61,480 nt of DNA, taken from positions 1 to 61,480 of the forward strand of contig CAXXFK010000008.1 of NCBI GenBank assembly GCA_963663965.2. Reading direction: 5' to 3'. Within the stretch, counting starts at the first letter, position 1. Each line of letters starts with the position of its first letter. Of the stretch, positions 1 through 9,741 are shown in pieces. This DNA is from Sedimentisphaerales bacterium. GTDB taxonomy: Bacteria > Planctomycetota > Phycisphaerae > Sedimentisphaerales > SM23-30. Both the position numbers and the translations under genes were made by a program. The notes beneath the pieces were generated by a model that worked only from the letters and a program-made list of their open reading frames with translations, had not been told where the DNA came from and searched no databases.

Positions 1-2862
1 GCAGTGTCACAGCTACCTGCCGGCAATGGGGTTGTCGCCTACTGGCCTTTTGATCAGGATTTTACCAATGCCCAGGGCAATTCTGATTTTGATGGAGAGC
101 CTAGTGGCACGGCGGAAATTTCCGCTGAAGATGTCAAAGTGGGTGGTGGCTCGCTTAAGATTGACGACGATACCACAACCTCCAGTCATGTCAAAGCTCT
201 GGGGGATTTTGTCGGTCCCGATCCGGTGGTACGTACTGTGGTGGGCTGGTATAAGTATAAGGATATCAGCAATGATGGTTCTGATGTCCGTAATTTTATC
301 TGGGAAACCTCGCCTCTATATTCACTTTCGTTTGGGATTCGTGATGGTTCCGTTGGTAAATATTCTCAGTGGTATTTCTTAACGGCTACTGGTAGTGCCC
401 TCTATGGTAATGGCGGTACTGTCAGTGATGGTAAATGGCATCATGCGGTTGTTATCTGGAATAGTGTTCGCGATCATATCAAGTTTTATGAAGATGGCCA
501 GCTGGTTGAGACCCGGCCGGTGGATATGGCTGCTAATCCCGTATCGGACCAAACCAGTTTTAATATCGGGACTAATCGTGATGCCAATGGGTCCAGAAAC
601 TGGGATGGTTATCTGGATGAAATTGCCATTTTCGATGTTGAACTCAGTCCCAATCAGGTCAATGCCCTGTATACTGATCCCAATAATGTAAATCCTTTGA
701 ATGTCTTAACCCTCTTTCCTGAAGTTGAAACCGTACTCCTTTATCCGTCTGACAACGCAAAAATATATCTTGAAGATATCGCTTTGCAATGGGATAAACT
801 TCAAGGTGGTAACGCCACGTACGATGTTTATTTTGGCACCGACCCCAATGATTTAAAACGGGTTGCCGAAGGGATTAGTGAAACCCAGTATATCCCGGAT
901 AATCTGCAAGTCGGCCCCACTTACTACTGGAAGGTCAATGGCACGCTGGGATTGGAATCGGACATGTCGGAAACTTACCGTTTCGAACTCTATCAAAATC
1001 AGGGTCTGGTGGCTTACTGGCCTTTCGATACGGATTATAAAAATGCTACCGGCAACACGCGTTATGACGGCGTCGAAATCGATACCGGCAATTGTGTGGG
1101 TATTTCTTCCGATTCAGTAAAAGCCGGCGCGGGCGCTTTAAAGGTCAATGACAACAATCCATTAACCCATGGTCTGATTCAGATACCCACCAGTCCGTTT
1201 TTTGCCGGTCAGAAAACCCTGACGATTACCGGCTGGTATCAGTATAAAGATATTGCCGGGGATGGTTCAACGTCCCGTCCGTTTGTTTTTGAAACGGCCC
1301 CAAGTCATACGATTAGTTACGGTACTCAATTTGAAACTGACGGTATGGACATGGGGGAATGGTATCTGCGCGGACGCCCCGGCGCCAGCGATACTTCCGG
1401 TCCGATCGACAGCGACCCAAATGGCTGGCATCATGTCGCGCTGGTTTACGATGCCATCGGCGGCAGTATGTCATTCTACTATGATGGACAGCGCAGAGAT
1501 TATGTGGAAGGCACACCTTATGCCGCGGTTGGCGATGGTTTGGAATATCATGAAGTTCTTAATTTCGGCGATTACCGTGGCGCTGATGGCGAACGGATGT
1601 TCGATGGCTATATTGACGAAATGGCCGCTTTCGATGTGGCGCTGACAGCGCGTCAGGTCCAGGGGCTTTTTGAGGGTGAATACAATGGCCAGCCGATTGA
1701 TCCAACCAATGTGCTGGATACTATCAACGATGTTTACGCGAAAAATCTCTATCCCAATGAAGATAAGATCGTACCGGGCGCCAACCTGGCCTGGACTGCG
1801 CCGCAGGATATCAACGAGCCGGTCTATCGCATTTACTTCGGCATCGATCCCAACACCTTTACTGATACGGTTTTCGCGACCACGTCAGAAACCCAATATC
1901 CTGTTGAACTGGACTATGGTCAGCATTACTACTGGAAAGTCGATGTGATTGATGGTACTACGATCTATTCGGGTAATCGCGTGTCCTTCAGTACCGCGTT
2001 GGGCCTGATGGCCTGGTATCCCTTTGATACTGATTTTGCCAATGCCCAGGGTGACGCGCTATATGATGGCCGGGCCATAGGCAATGTAGTTGCCTCCCCG
2101 GAAGATTATAAAGTTGGCAGCGGCGCGTTGAAAATCGATGACAACACCTCTTCGGCCAATCTGGTCACCATCGAACCGTCTCCCTTTATTGACGGCCAGC
2201 AGCAACTGACCATTACCGGCTGGTTTAAATACAAAGATATCAGTGGCAACGGTTCCGATTCGCGTCCGTTTATCCTGGAAAGTGACGATTATGATATCAG
2301 TTATGGCACCCGTTTTGAAGGAGAGATGCTCGATGGCGGGGAATGGTATTTCCATGGCAGTCCGGCTTATAACGATACTTCCGGTCCGATGATCACCGCC
2401 AATGATCCCTGGCATCACTTTGCCCTGGTTTACAATGCGGATACCGGCATCATGGAATTCTACTTTGACGGCGCCGTGAAGAACCATGTTGAATCGACCC
2501 CGGGATCGGGTCTGGCCCCGACTCAATACATCAATATTGGTGACTATCGCAGTGGTAACGGCGGACGTAATTTCGATGGTTACATCGATGACATTGCGTT
2601 TTTCGATATTGCCCTGAGCGGCAGCCAGATTAAAGCGCTGGCCTTAGCGCCAGAGCAGTTCAACGGCGGTAATATCATGGATGCCGTTCTGTTGGAAGGT
2701 GATATTAATTATGATCTGGCCGTGACGGTTCAGGATCTGGCTGATCTTGCCGCCGCCTGGATGACCGACAGTACGCAGGAAGACCTTAACCTGGACGGTA
2801 CTGTTAATAACAAAGATTTATCAATACTTTCATCCAACTGGCTCGTAAACGGCCAGGAATAA
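1..2862 (+). CDS. Large secreted-type protein with three LamG-like (concanavalin A/laminin G) domains, FN3-like spacers and a C-terminal dockerin-like duplicated motif; probably 5'-truncated by the window edge
   Basis: The frame is open from base 1. Three repeats begin WPFDQDF/WPFDTDY/YPFDTDF and end DGYLDEIA/DGYIDEMA/DGYIDDIA, each with WHHxx motifs. Spacers contain YFGTD...YYWKV. C-terminus is GDINYDLAV..D..DLNLDGTVNNKDL..NWL. Confidence 0.85.
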   Translation, partial: AVSQLPAGNGVVAYWPFDQDFTNAQGNSDFDGEPSGTAEISAEDVKVGGGSLKIDDDTTTSSHVKALGDFVGPDPVVRTVVGWYKYKDISNDGSDVRNFIWETSPLYSLSFGIRDGSVGKYSQWYFLTATGSALYGNGGTVSDGKWHHAVVIWNSVRDHIKFYEDGQLVETRPVDMAANPVSDQTSFNIGTNRDANGSRNWDGYLDEIAIFDVELSPNQVNALYTDPNNVNPLNVLTLFPEVETVLLYPSDNAKIYLEDIALQWDKLQGGNATYDVYFGTDPNDLKRVAEGISETQYIPDNLQVGPTYYWKVNGTLGLESDMSETYRFELYQNQGLVAYWPFDTDYKNATGNTRYDGVEIDTGNCVGISSDSVKAGAGALKVNDNNPLTHGLIQIPTSPFFAGQKTLTITGWYQYKDIAGDGSTSRPFVFETAPSHTISYGTQFETDGMDMGEWYLRGRPGASDTSGPIDSDPNGWHHVALVYDAIGGSMSFYYDGQRRDYVEGTPYAAVGDGLEYHEVLNFGDYRGADGERMFDGYIDEMAAFDVALTARQVQGLFEGEYNGQPIDPTNVLDTINDVYAKNLYPNEDKIVPGANLAWTAPQDINEPVYRIYFGIDPNTFTDTVFATTSETQYPVELDYGQHYYWKVDVIDGTTIYSGNRVSFSTALGLMAWYPFDTDFANAQGDALYDGRAIGNVVASPEDYKVGSGALKIDDNTSSANLVTIEPSPFIDGQQQLTITGWFKYKDISGNGSDSRPFILESDDYDISYGTRFEGEMLDGGEWYFHGSPAYNDTSGPMITANDPWHHFALVYNADTGIMEFYFDGAVKNHVESTPGSGLAPTQYINIGDYRSGNGGRNFDGYIDDIAFFDIALSGSQIKALALAPEQFNGGNIMDAVLLEGDINYDLAVTVQDLADLAAAWMTDSTQEDLNLDGTVNNKDLSILSSNWLVNGQE

Positions 2863-2873
2863 AGTTCTTATCG

Positions 2874-2920
2874 TAGCGTACCCGGTTAACTTCCAAAGCC
2901 GGGTACGCTATTTTCTTTTT
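2874..2920 (+). terminator. Rho-independent terminator
   Basis: Perfect 12-bp stem tagcgtacccgg/ccgggtacgcta followed by ttttcttttt, just after the stop at 2862. Confidence 0.8.
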
Positions 2921-2943
2921 ATATAAAGAGACTGGAGTACCCG

Positions 2944-3723
2944 ATGAAACAAACCAAGGCCTTTACCCTGATTGAGTTATTGGTTGTTATATCGATTATT
3001 GCGCTGCTTATCGCGATCTTAATGCCGGCCCTGGGCAAAGCGCGCGAACAGGGCAAGATGGTTTACTGCAAGACCAATCTGAAGAACATTACCCTGGCGA
3101 TGACCATGTATGCCGATGACAACGATGGCAAGGTGCATTCATCGCCCAATCAGGGCATGTGGTATATTTACCGTTCCGGCCCCGATGGTCCGATCAATAC
3201 CAACATTATGATCGATAAAAATCACGGCAATGCGTATTGGGGAGTGGCTTATTTTCCTTATTGCAGCAATGTTGATGCGTTTATCTGCCCCAAATCCAAA
3301 TATATGGATGATCTGGGTGACTATGCCAATTCAGAAGCCTATTGGCATGGGACCTATGCGTTGAATGGTTTTCTCAGCGGTAGAAAAGAAACTCGTCGGA
3401 TCAATACCACCAGACGCGCCTCCGAACGAATTCTTGCTCTGGATCATATCGAGCATTTTCTTGAGAATAATGGTGATATGCTGCATATCCGGCAGGGCGA
3501 TCGAATCAATATCCCCCAATGGCGGCAGGAAACAACCGATCTGGCTTATAATACTGCCGATCATTATCCCGATCCCCTGGGACAAATCTACCGTCATGTG
3601 CGCCGATGCAATCTGTTATGGCTGGATGGCCATATTTCCGATATTACCGAATCAACTGGTGAAGATGTACAATCATACTGGTTCTGTGGTTCAGTTCCCA
3701 GCAATTCGGCAATTGCTTTTTAG
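2944..3723 (+). CDS. Prepilin-type N-terminal cleavage/methylation protein with C-terminal H-X9-DG motif (DUF1559/SBP_bac_10-like planctomycete pseudopilin)
   Basis: [26 protein letters not shown] at the N-terminus; [28 protein letters not shown] ggag upstream. Confidence 0.92.
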   Translation: MKQTKAFTLIELLVVISIIALLIAILMPALGKAREQGKMVYCKTNLKNITLAMTMYADDNDGKVHSSPNQGMWYIYRSGPDGPINTNIMIDKNHGNAYWGVAYFPYCSNVDAFICPKSKYMDDLGDYANSEAYWHGTYALNGFLSGRKETRRINTTRRASERILALDHIEHFLENNGDMLHIRQGDRINIPQWRQETTDLAYNTADHYPDPLGQIYRHVRRCNLLWLDGHISDITESTGEDVQSYWFCGSVPSNSAIAF

Positions 3724-4385
3724 CCTGACAGTTGTGATTCCTTATGATAGTGGTCACTGAAAATAACGGTTTTTCGGAGACTACTCATCTGCAACCGGGA
3801 GCGCCTCGGTGGGCTTCTGCGGTACGTTGGGAGAGCTGCATGAGGTGCAAGACGAATAGGTGTAAAGAAAACCTGTTTCCTGGCTGGAAAGGTACCAAAG
3901 AACGGTTTGGGGAGCGGGCGGAAATAATAGATCAAGATAGCAAATGATGTCAGGTCTTGGCGGAAATCGGACGTGCCTTGCCTGGGGCGGCTTTATCTGA
4001 ATTCATCCAAACATGATATAAGCCAATTAAAAGGCAATGTCAAGTTATCTCGTTCTTATGCGGTGTATCCGCTATGCTGTAGCGATGTCTGCTTTGCTGG
4101 TAATTAGACGAGATTTCGAGTCTCGCCATTTTTTTTTTCACTCTTCCCAGGATTGCCTGTTACCTTTTCCTGTGTCAGATCATGATAGCGCAGTAAATGA
4201 ACCTGAGAATATCACCCATGGGTAATAAGGTGTTAACATAGCTAAAAAGAAGTCTAACAAGCATGTTAGGAAAGCGGAAGGGGTATTCCCGTATTTGTCA
4301 GAGAGAAAAGCCTATGCGATCGAACCGGACTTTACGTTGGTGGAAAGCATGGGCATTCATCCGGGGATTCCGGTTGCGAGATGGC

Positions 4386-5516
4386 TCAATCGAGTGTTTT
4401 GTGGAAGAGGCGGCTGGCAATGGAGAGCAGAATGAGGCCGAGAATTGCCAGTGCGGCCATCTGGGGCCAGAGGATATCGAAGCCGACGCCTTTGAGAAAG
4501 ACACCGCGAATGATAATAAGGAAATAGCGCAGGGGATTGGCAAAGGTAATCCAGCGGATGGCGGCGGGAATGTTGGCGATGGGAAAAACGAAGCCGGAAA
4601 GCAGCATGGCGGGGAAGAAGATAAAGAAGGTGGACATCATGGCCTGCTGCTGGGTGTGACAGATGACCGAGATCAGCAGGCCAAGTCCAACGGCGGACAT
4701 GAGATAGAGCGCGGTGGCCCCGAAAAGCAGGGGCAGACTGCCGCGGATGGGCACTTTGAACCAGAAAACCCCCACGATGGTGACGAGGGTGACATTCATG
4801 AAGCCGATCAGGGCGAAGGGCGCGGTTTTGCCCAGGATAAATTCAAACGGCCGGATGGGCGTGACCATGAGTTGTTCCATGGTGCCGATTTCGCGTTCGC
4901 GCACGATGGACATGCTGGTCAGAATGAGGGTAATGAGCATGACCAGGTTGGCGATGACGCCGGGGACGTAATAATTGCGGCTTTCGAGGTTTTCGTTGAA
5001 CCAGGCGCGGCCGACAAGCCGGACCTGGCCGGGCAGGTCTGCGGCGCCCCGGCTATGCTGAATGCGACTGATCAGGATACGATCGGAATGCTGGCGGGCG
5101 ATTTCCAGACCGTATTTCAGGACAATACTGGCGTTGTTGGAATCGACGCCGTCCACGATCATCTGGATTTGGGCGGTCCGGCCACCGTTCAGGTCTTCAG
5201 AAAACCCTTTATCGATGTGAAGAACGGCGCGGACCTGACCGCGGTCAATAAGTTGACGGGCGCGCTGTTCGGTCTGGACATATTCATAGATTCGGTAATA
5301 ACCCGAGTCGAGAAAACGGCTGATCAGTTCGCGACTGGCAGGAGTGTTATCGAGGTCGTAAACGGCAGTGGCAATATCACGGACATCGTTTGAGGCGGCG
5401 TAGCCGAAAATCAGCAGCTGGATAACCGGGGTGACGAAAATAACCATCCGCATGCGTGGTTCGCGGAAGGCCTGGATGAATTCTTTGATGAGAATGGAGC
5501 GGACACGTTCCCACAT
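4386..5516 (-). CDS. ybhR: ABC-2 type transporter permease (YbhR-like)
   Basis: KEFIQAFREPR, WFNENLES, REREIGTMEQLMVTP, LSGFVFPI, NPLRYF motifs; last gene of the operon. Confidence 0.85.
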   Translation of the reverse strand: MWERVRSILIKEFIQAFREPRMRMVIFVTPVIQLLIFGYAASNDVRDIATAVYDLDNTPASRELISRFLDSGYYRIYEYVQTEQRARQLIDRGQVRAVLHIDKGFSEDLNGGRTAQIQMIVDGVDSNNASIVLKYGLEIARQHSDRILISRIQHSRGAADLPGQVRLVGRAWFNENLESRNYYVPGVIANLVMLITLILTSMSIVREREIGTMEQLMVTPIRPFEFILGKTAPFALIGFMNVTLVTIVGVFWFKVPIRGSLPLLFGATALYLMSAVGLGLLISVICHTQQQAMMSTFFIFFPAMLLSGFVFPIANIPAAIRWITFANPLRYFLIIIRGVFLKGVGFDILWPQMAALAILGLILLSIASRLFHKTLD

Positions 5517-5518
5517 GA

Positions 5519-6661
5519 TTACATTAACCTCTTTTTGAGTTTAAGATTGGCCAGCAGCAGCATAAGGGCGGCAAAAATGATGAGGAAGAGGGCTTGATCG
5601 CCCAGCGCTTCGAGTCCGACGCCTTTGAGGTAGATGCCCCAGAGCAGTTCGATAAAATAGCGGGCGGGTATGGCGTAGGTGACGATCTGGATGGCCCGCG
5701 GCATGTTTTCGATGGGATAAATAAAGCCCGAGAGCAGGAAGGCGGGCAGGAAGGTGGCGATGATGGCCAGCTGCCCGGCCAGCAACTGGTTGCGGGTGAG
5801 GATGCTGATAAGAATACCCAACCCGAGCACCCCGACGAGGAAGAGGGCTGAGATGGCAAAGAGCAGCAGGTAACTGCCGCGCATGGGGACGTGGAAGAGC
5901 AGGTCGCCCATGAGAACGATAATGAGCATGTCGAACATGCCGATGGCGAAGTAAGGGATTATCTTGCCCAGAATCAGTTCGTGGCTTTTGACGGGAGTGG
6001 CGATAAGTTGCTCCATGGAGCCGCGTTCCCATTCGCGGGCGATGGTGAGGCTGGTGAGCAGGGCGGTAATGATCATCATACTGATGGCGATCAGGCCGGG
6101 CACGATAAAGTTGCGCGATTGGAGTTCTTCGTTGAACCAGATACGCGGCAGCAGCCGCAGGGGTGTGGCGGGCAGCGGTTTGCCCTGGCGTTCAACCTGT
6201 CGCAACACGATATTGCGGGAGAAATCGTCGATAATCATGGTGGCGTAGCCCATGGCGATAGTAGCGGTCATCGAATCACTGCCGTCGTAGATCATCTGAA
6301 CCGGCGCGTCGGCGCTACTGTTGACGCGCCGGGCAAAATCACGCGGAATGACCAGCGCCAGCAGGGCGCGTCGGGTGTCGATGGCTTGTTCCATGGCGGA
6401 GTAATCGTCGACCGGTTCGTTCAGTTTGAAATAGCGCGAACCGCGAAAGGCGTCAATCAGGTCGCGGCTGAGCTGGGTGCGGCTCTGGTCCCAGACCGTC
6501 AGCGGCACCTGATCGACATCGAGCGTGAGGGCGTAGCCGAATAAGAGCAACATGAGAATCGGAATACCCAGTCCGAGTCCCAGACTCCAGGGATCGCGCA
6601 GGACATGGAGGGTTTCCTTACGGCAAACGGCACAAACACGCATCCAGGAGAAGGCTTTCAC
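5519..6661 (-). CDS. ybhS: ABC-2 type transporter permease (YbhS-like)
   Basis: RKETLHVLRDP, AREWERGSMEQL, LSGFIYPIENMP, PARYF; GTG start overlaps the upstream TGA. Confidence 0.85.
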   Translation of the reverse strand: MKAFSWMRVCAVCRKETLHVLRDPWSLGLGLGIPILMLLLFGYALTLDVDQVPLTVWDQSRTQLSRDLIDAFRGSRYFKLNEPVDDYSAMEQAIDTRRALLALVIPRDFARRVNSSADAPVQMIYDGSDSMTATIAMGYATMIIDDFSRNIVLRQVERQGKPLPATPLRLLPRIWFNEELQSRNFIVPGLIAISMMIITALLTSLTIAREWERGSMEQLIATPVKSHELILGKIIPYFAIGMFDMLIIVLMGDLLFHVPMRGSYLLLFAISALFLVGVLGLGILISILTRNQLLAGQLAIIATFLPAFLLSGFIYPIENMPRAIQIVTYAIPARYFIELLWGIYLKGVGLEALGDQALFLIIFAALMLLLANLKLKKRLM

Positions 6662-7632
6662 CGGGCCACCTCCGTTTGCGGCTGATCGGCGCGGTCGCTG
6701 CTTTCGATCAGTGAGACAAACACATCTTCCAGTGAGGGGACGATAGTCTGAAGATGCTGTATCATAAAACCCTGGTTTTGCAGATTTGACCGGACGACCG
6801 GTATCATACGTTCGGATTCATCCACCATGACATGCAGGCCGCGTCCGAAGAGCGCCGATTCAAGCACGCCCGGCAGAGACGTTAGATGAGAAAGCGCGTC
6901 CTGGGGCCGATCGCAGATGAGTTCGAGTATCTGATGCTGCATACTCTCGGTTTTGAGCCGGCCGGGGGTATCGCAGGCGATGAGACGACCGCGGTAAATC
7001 AGACCGATGCGGCCGCAATATTCGGCCTCATCCATATAATGCGTGGTGACAAAAACAGTCACGCCCCGTTCGGCCATCTGGTAAATCAGTTCCCAGAAAT
7101 TACGGCGGCTGAGCGGATCCACGCCGCTGGTGGGTTCGTCCAGGAACAGAATGGGCGGTTCGTGCAGCACGGCGCAGCCGAGCGCCAGGCGCTGTTTCCA
7201 GCCGCCTGAAAGCGTGGCAGTAATGGACTTGCGGCGTTCGCGGAGTCCGGCGCATTCGATCGCCCATTCTTTGCGTTTACGTTTCTGAGCGGCGGGAATG
7301 CGATAAATGCCGCTGTAGAAGTCGATGTTTTCTTCGACAGTCAGGTCTTCGTAGAGCGAAAATTTCTGGCTCATATACCCGATACGGGTTTTGATCTGCT
7401 CGGGTTGAGTGCCGACATCGAATCCGGCGACAGTGGCGCGGCCGCCGGTGGGCGCCAGCAGACCGCAGAGCATGCGGATCGTGGTACTCTTACCGGCGCC
7501 ATTGGGCCCGAGGAATCCAAAAATTTCTCCTTTATCGACCGAAAAGCTGATTCCGTCTACCGCGTAGAACTGGCCGAACCGGCGCTGCAAGTTGTCGACC
7601 ATCACGGCTTTTTCAGGACTGGTCGCGGTCAT
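6658..7632 (-). CDS. ABC transporter ATP-binding protein (YbhF C-terminal-half-like)
   Basis: Walker A GPNGAGKS, signature LSGGWKQR, Walker B LFLDEPT, H-loop TTHYMDEAE. The ATG at 7632 (MTATSPEK), 1 nt after the upstream stop, is preferred over the ORF-track start at 7725. Confidence 0.9.
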   Translation of the reverse strand: MTATSPEKAVMVDNLQRRFGQFYAVDGISFSVDKGEIFGFLGPNGAGKSTTIRMLCGLLAPTGGRATVAGFDVGTQPEQIKTRIGYMSQKFSLYEDLTVEENIDFYSGIYRIPAAQKRKRKEWAIECAGLRERRKSITATLSGGWKQRLALGCAVLHEPPILFLDEPTSGVDPLSRRNFWELIYQMAERGVTVFVTTHYMDEAEYCGRIGLIYRGRLIACDTPGRLKTESMQHQILELICDRPQDALSHLTSLPGVLESALFGRGLHVMVDESERMIPVVRSNLQNQGFMIQHLQTIVPSLEDVFVSLIESSDRADQPQTEVAR

Positions 7633-7633
7633 A

Positions 7634-8563
7634 TCAGTGTTCCTCCCGAGCGGGTTTGACGGCATCGATAAACACATCTTCAAGAGATGGTTCAACGGGA
7701 CGGAACGATTCGATGGTAATCTCATTGGCTTGCAGTAGCGCTATGGTTTGCTGACGGATTAGCTGTACATCGGCGGCGGCGATATGGAGCCGGTCCCCGA
7801 AAATGCCGACGGAGGCGCTGGCTATACCGGTACGCAGCAGGCCAAACGCGCGACGGATATCGGAGCAGCGCAGTTCGAGCAGGGTGCCGCGCATTAACCG
7901 GCGGACCTGGTCAACCGGCCCCAGCGCCAGCAATCGGCCGCGATCGATCAGAGCGATCCGGTTGCAGCGCTCGGCTTCGTCCAGGTAGGAGGTGGAAACG
8001 AATATCGTGACCTTTTCCCGCAGCAATTGATAGAGCAGCTTCCAGAAATCACGGCGCGATACCGGATCAACCCCGTTGGTGGGCTCGTCGAGAAACAGCA
8101 CGCGCGGGGTATGAATCAGGGCGCAGGCCAGTCCGAGTTTCTGTTTCATGCCGCCGGAGAGATTGCGAGCCTGGCGACGCTTGAAGGGAGTCAGGTTACT
8201 GAAAGCGAGCAGTTGTTCGATTTTGTCGCGGCGGCCGCGGCGCGGCATTTCGTAAATATCGGCATAAAAATCGATATTCTCGGTAACGGTCAGGTCGGGG
8301 TAAAGTCCAAAGCGCTGACTCATATAGCCGATGTCTTCCTTGATGGCTTCGGCTTCGCGCGCGATATGTCGGCCGGCCACCCAGGCGTCGCCTTCGGTCG
8401 GCGGCAGAATTGCGGTCAGCAACCGCATAGTGGTAGTTTTGCCGGCGCCATCGGGGCCGACCAGGCCGAATATTTCGCCGGGCGCGACCGAGAGGGTCAG
8501 GCTGTCCAGCGCAGTGAGATCGCCGAAGCGGCGGGTCAGGTTTTCGATACGAATCGGATCCAT
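7634..8563 (-). CDS. ABC transporter ATP-binding protein (YbhF N-terminal-half-like)
   Basis: GPDGAGKTT, LSGGMKQKL, LFLDEPT; the H-loop reads STSYLDEAE. Confidence 0.9.
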   Translation of the reverse strand: MDPIRIENLTRRFGDLTALDSLTLSVAPGEIFGLVGPDGAGKTTTMRLLTAILPPTEGDAWVAGRHIAREAEAIKEDIGYMSQRFGLYPDLTVTENIDFYADIYEMPRRGRRDKIEQLLAFSNLTPFKRRQARNLSGGMKQKLGLACALIHTPRVLFLDEPTNGVDPVSRRDFWKLLYQLLREKVTIFVSTSYLDEAERCNRIALIDRGRLLALGPVDQVRRLMRGTLLELRCSDIRRAFGLLRTGIASASVGIFGDRLHIAAADVQLIRQQTIALLQANEITIESFRPVEPSLEDVFIDAVKPAREEH

Positions 8564-8583
8564 AGCTGAGTGATCGGAAGGGA

Positions 8584-9741
8584 TTACGATTGAGAGTTGT
8601 TCAGGACAATATCGGCATCGGCGGGCATACCGGGTTTGAGTTCCATATCGGGATTGTCGATGTCAATTTTAATACGGTAAACCAGTTTGACGCGTTCCTG
8701 ATAGGTCTGCACGCTTTTGGGAGTGAATTCCGCTTCAGACGCGATAAAAGAGATGCGTCCGTCGTAAACCTTGTCGGGGTAGCTGTCGGAATAGACCCGA
8801 ACCGGCTGACCGATTTTGACGCGGCCCAGGTCGGGCCCGACAATGTAAGCACGCAGCCAGATATCTTTCAGGTTACCCAGGGTGACGATGGGAGTACCGG
8901 CGGCGACGAATTCACCGCTTTCGACATTTTTAGAAAGTACCACGCCGGGAACGGGACAGGTGAGCGTGGCATAAGAAAGGCGGGTTTTCGCCTGGGCCAG
9001 TGTCTGGCGGGCCTCTTCCAGCCGGGCATGGGCCTGGTCGATGGTTTCGACACGGGGTCCTTTTTGGATGAGCAGATATTGCTGCTGAGCACGAGCCAGG
9101 GCCGCGCGGGCCTGGTCGATGGCCTCGGCGCGCGGACCTTCCTGCACCAGTTTAAGATTCTCGGCCGCTTCGTCGGCTTTGGCGCGCGCGACCTCCAGCG
9201 ACATGCGGCTGCTGTCGAATTTGTCCTGCGAGACCGCTCCGGTAGAAACCGAATCTTTCATACGCTGAAAGTCAGTCTCCCAGAACTCAACCTCGGCGCG
9301 CGCCCGCTGCACCATGGCCTGGGCGGCGGCAATCTCTTGCGGACGAGAGCCGGCGAGTAATTCCTCCAGCGCGTATTGGGCCTGTTGCTGGGCGGCCTGG
9401 GCGGCTGCGATTTCTTCTGGACGCGACCCGGCTTGCAGTTCGGCCAGGGCCGCTTCGGCGCTATCGACCCTGGCCTGGTTGCGCTGGACTTCCTGGGTCA
9501 GTTCAGTATCGTCGAGCCGGGCGGCTACCTGATCCTGTGTGACAATATACCCTTCGTCGATGCATCGTTCCTTGAGCCAGCCCGGCAGCCGAAAACTCAA
9601 CTGCACCTGGGTGACTTCGATATTACCGGAGACGCGTAAAATGCCGGGATCAGTCTGGGGGCGATGCTGACGATAATAGAGGGTACCTGAGACAGCGGCG
9701 GCCAGTATCAGGAAAATCACGATGATTCTGAGGCGTTTCAT
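8584..9741 (-). CDS. ybhG: HlyD-family periplasmic adaptor (YbhG-like)
   Basis: N-terminal TM, SGNIE, three GSRPEEI/GPRAEAI-type coiled-coil repeats, EAEFTPKSVQT, LKPGMPAD. Confidence 0.85.
   Translation of the reverse strand: MKRLRIIVIFLILAAAVSGTLYYRQHRPQTDPGILRVSGNIEVTQVQLSFRLPGWLKERCIDEGYIVTQDQVAARLDDTELTQEVQRNQARVDSAEAALAELQAGSRPEEIAAAQAAQQQAQYALEELLAGSRPQEIAAAQAMVQRARAEVEFWETDFQRMKDSVSTGAVSQDKFDSSRMSLEVARAKADEAAENLKLVQEGPRAEAIDQARAALARAQQQYLLIQKGPRVETIDQAHARLEEARQTLAQAKTRLSYATLTCPVPGVVLSKNVESGEFVAAGTPIVTLGNLKDIWLRAYIVGPDLGRVKIGQPVRVYSDSYPDKVYDGRISFIASEAEFTPKSVQTYQERVKLVYRIKIDIDNPDMELKPGMPADADIVLNNSQS

Noticed and set aside
4263..5393. 376-aa + strand ORF and other long antisense ORFs (e.g. 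8590-9360, 17512-19131, 23512-24885, 29165-29881)
   Set aside because: They lie opposite well-supported genes and have no recognisable motifs, as expected for shadow ORFs from GC-biased codon usage.
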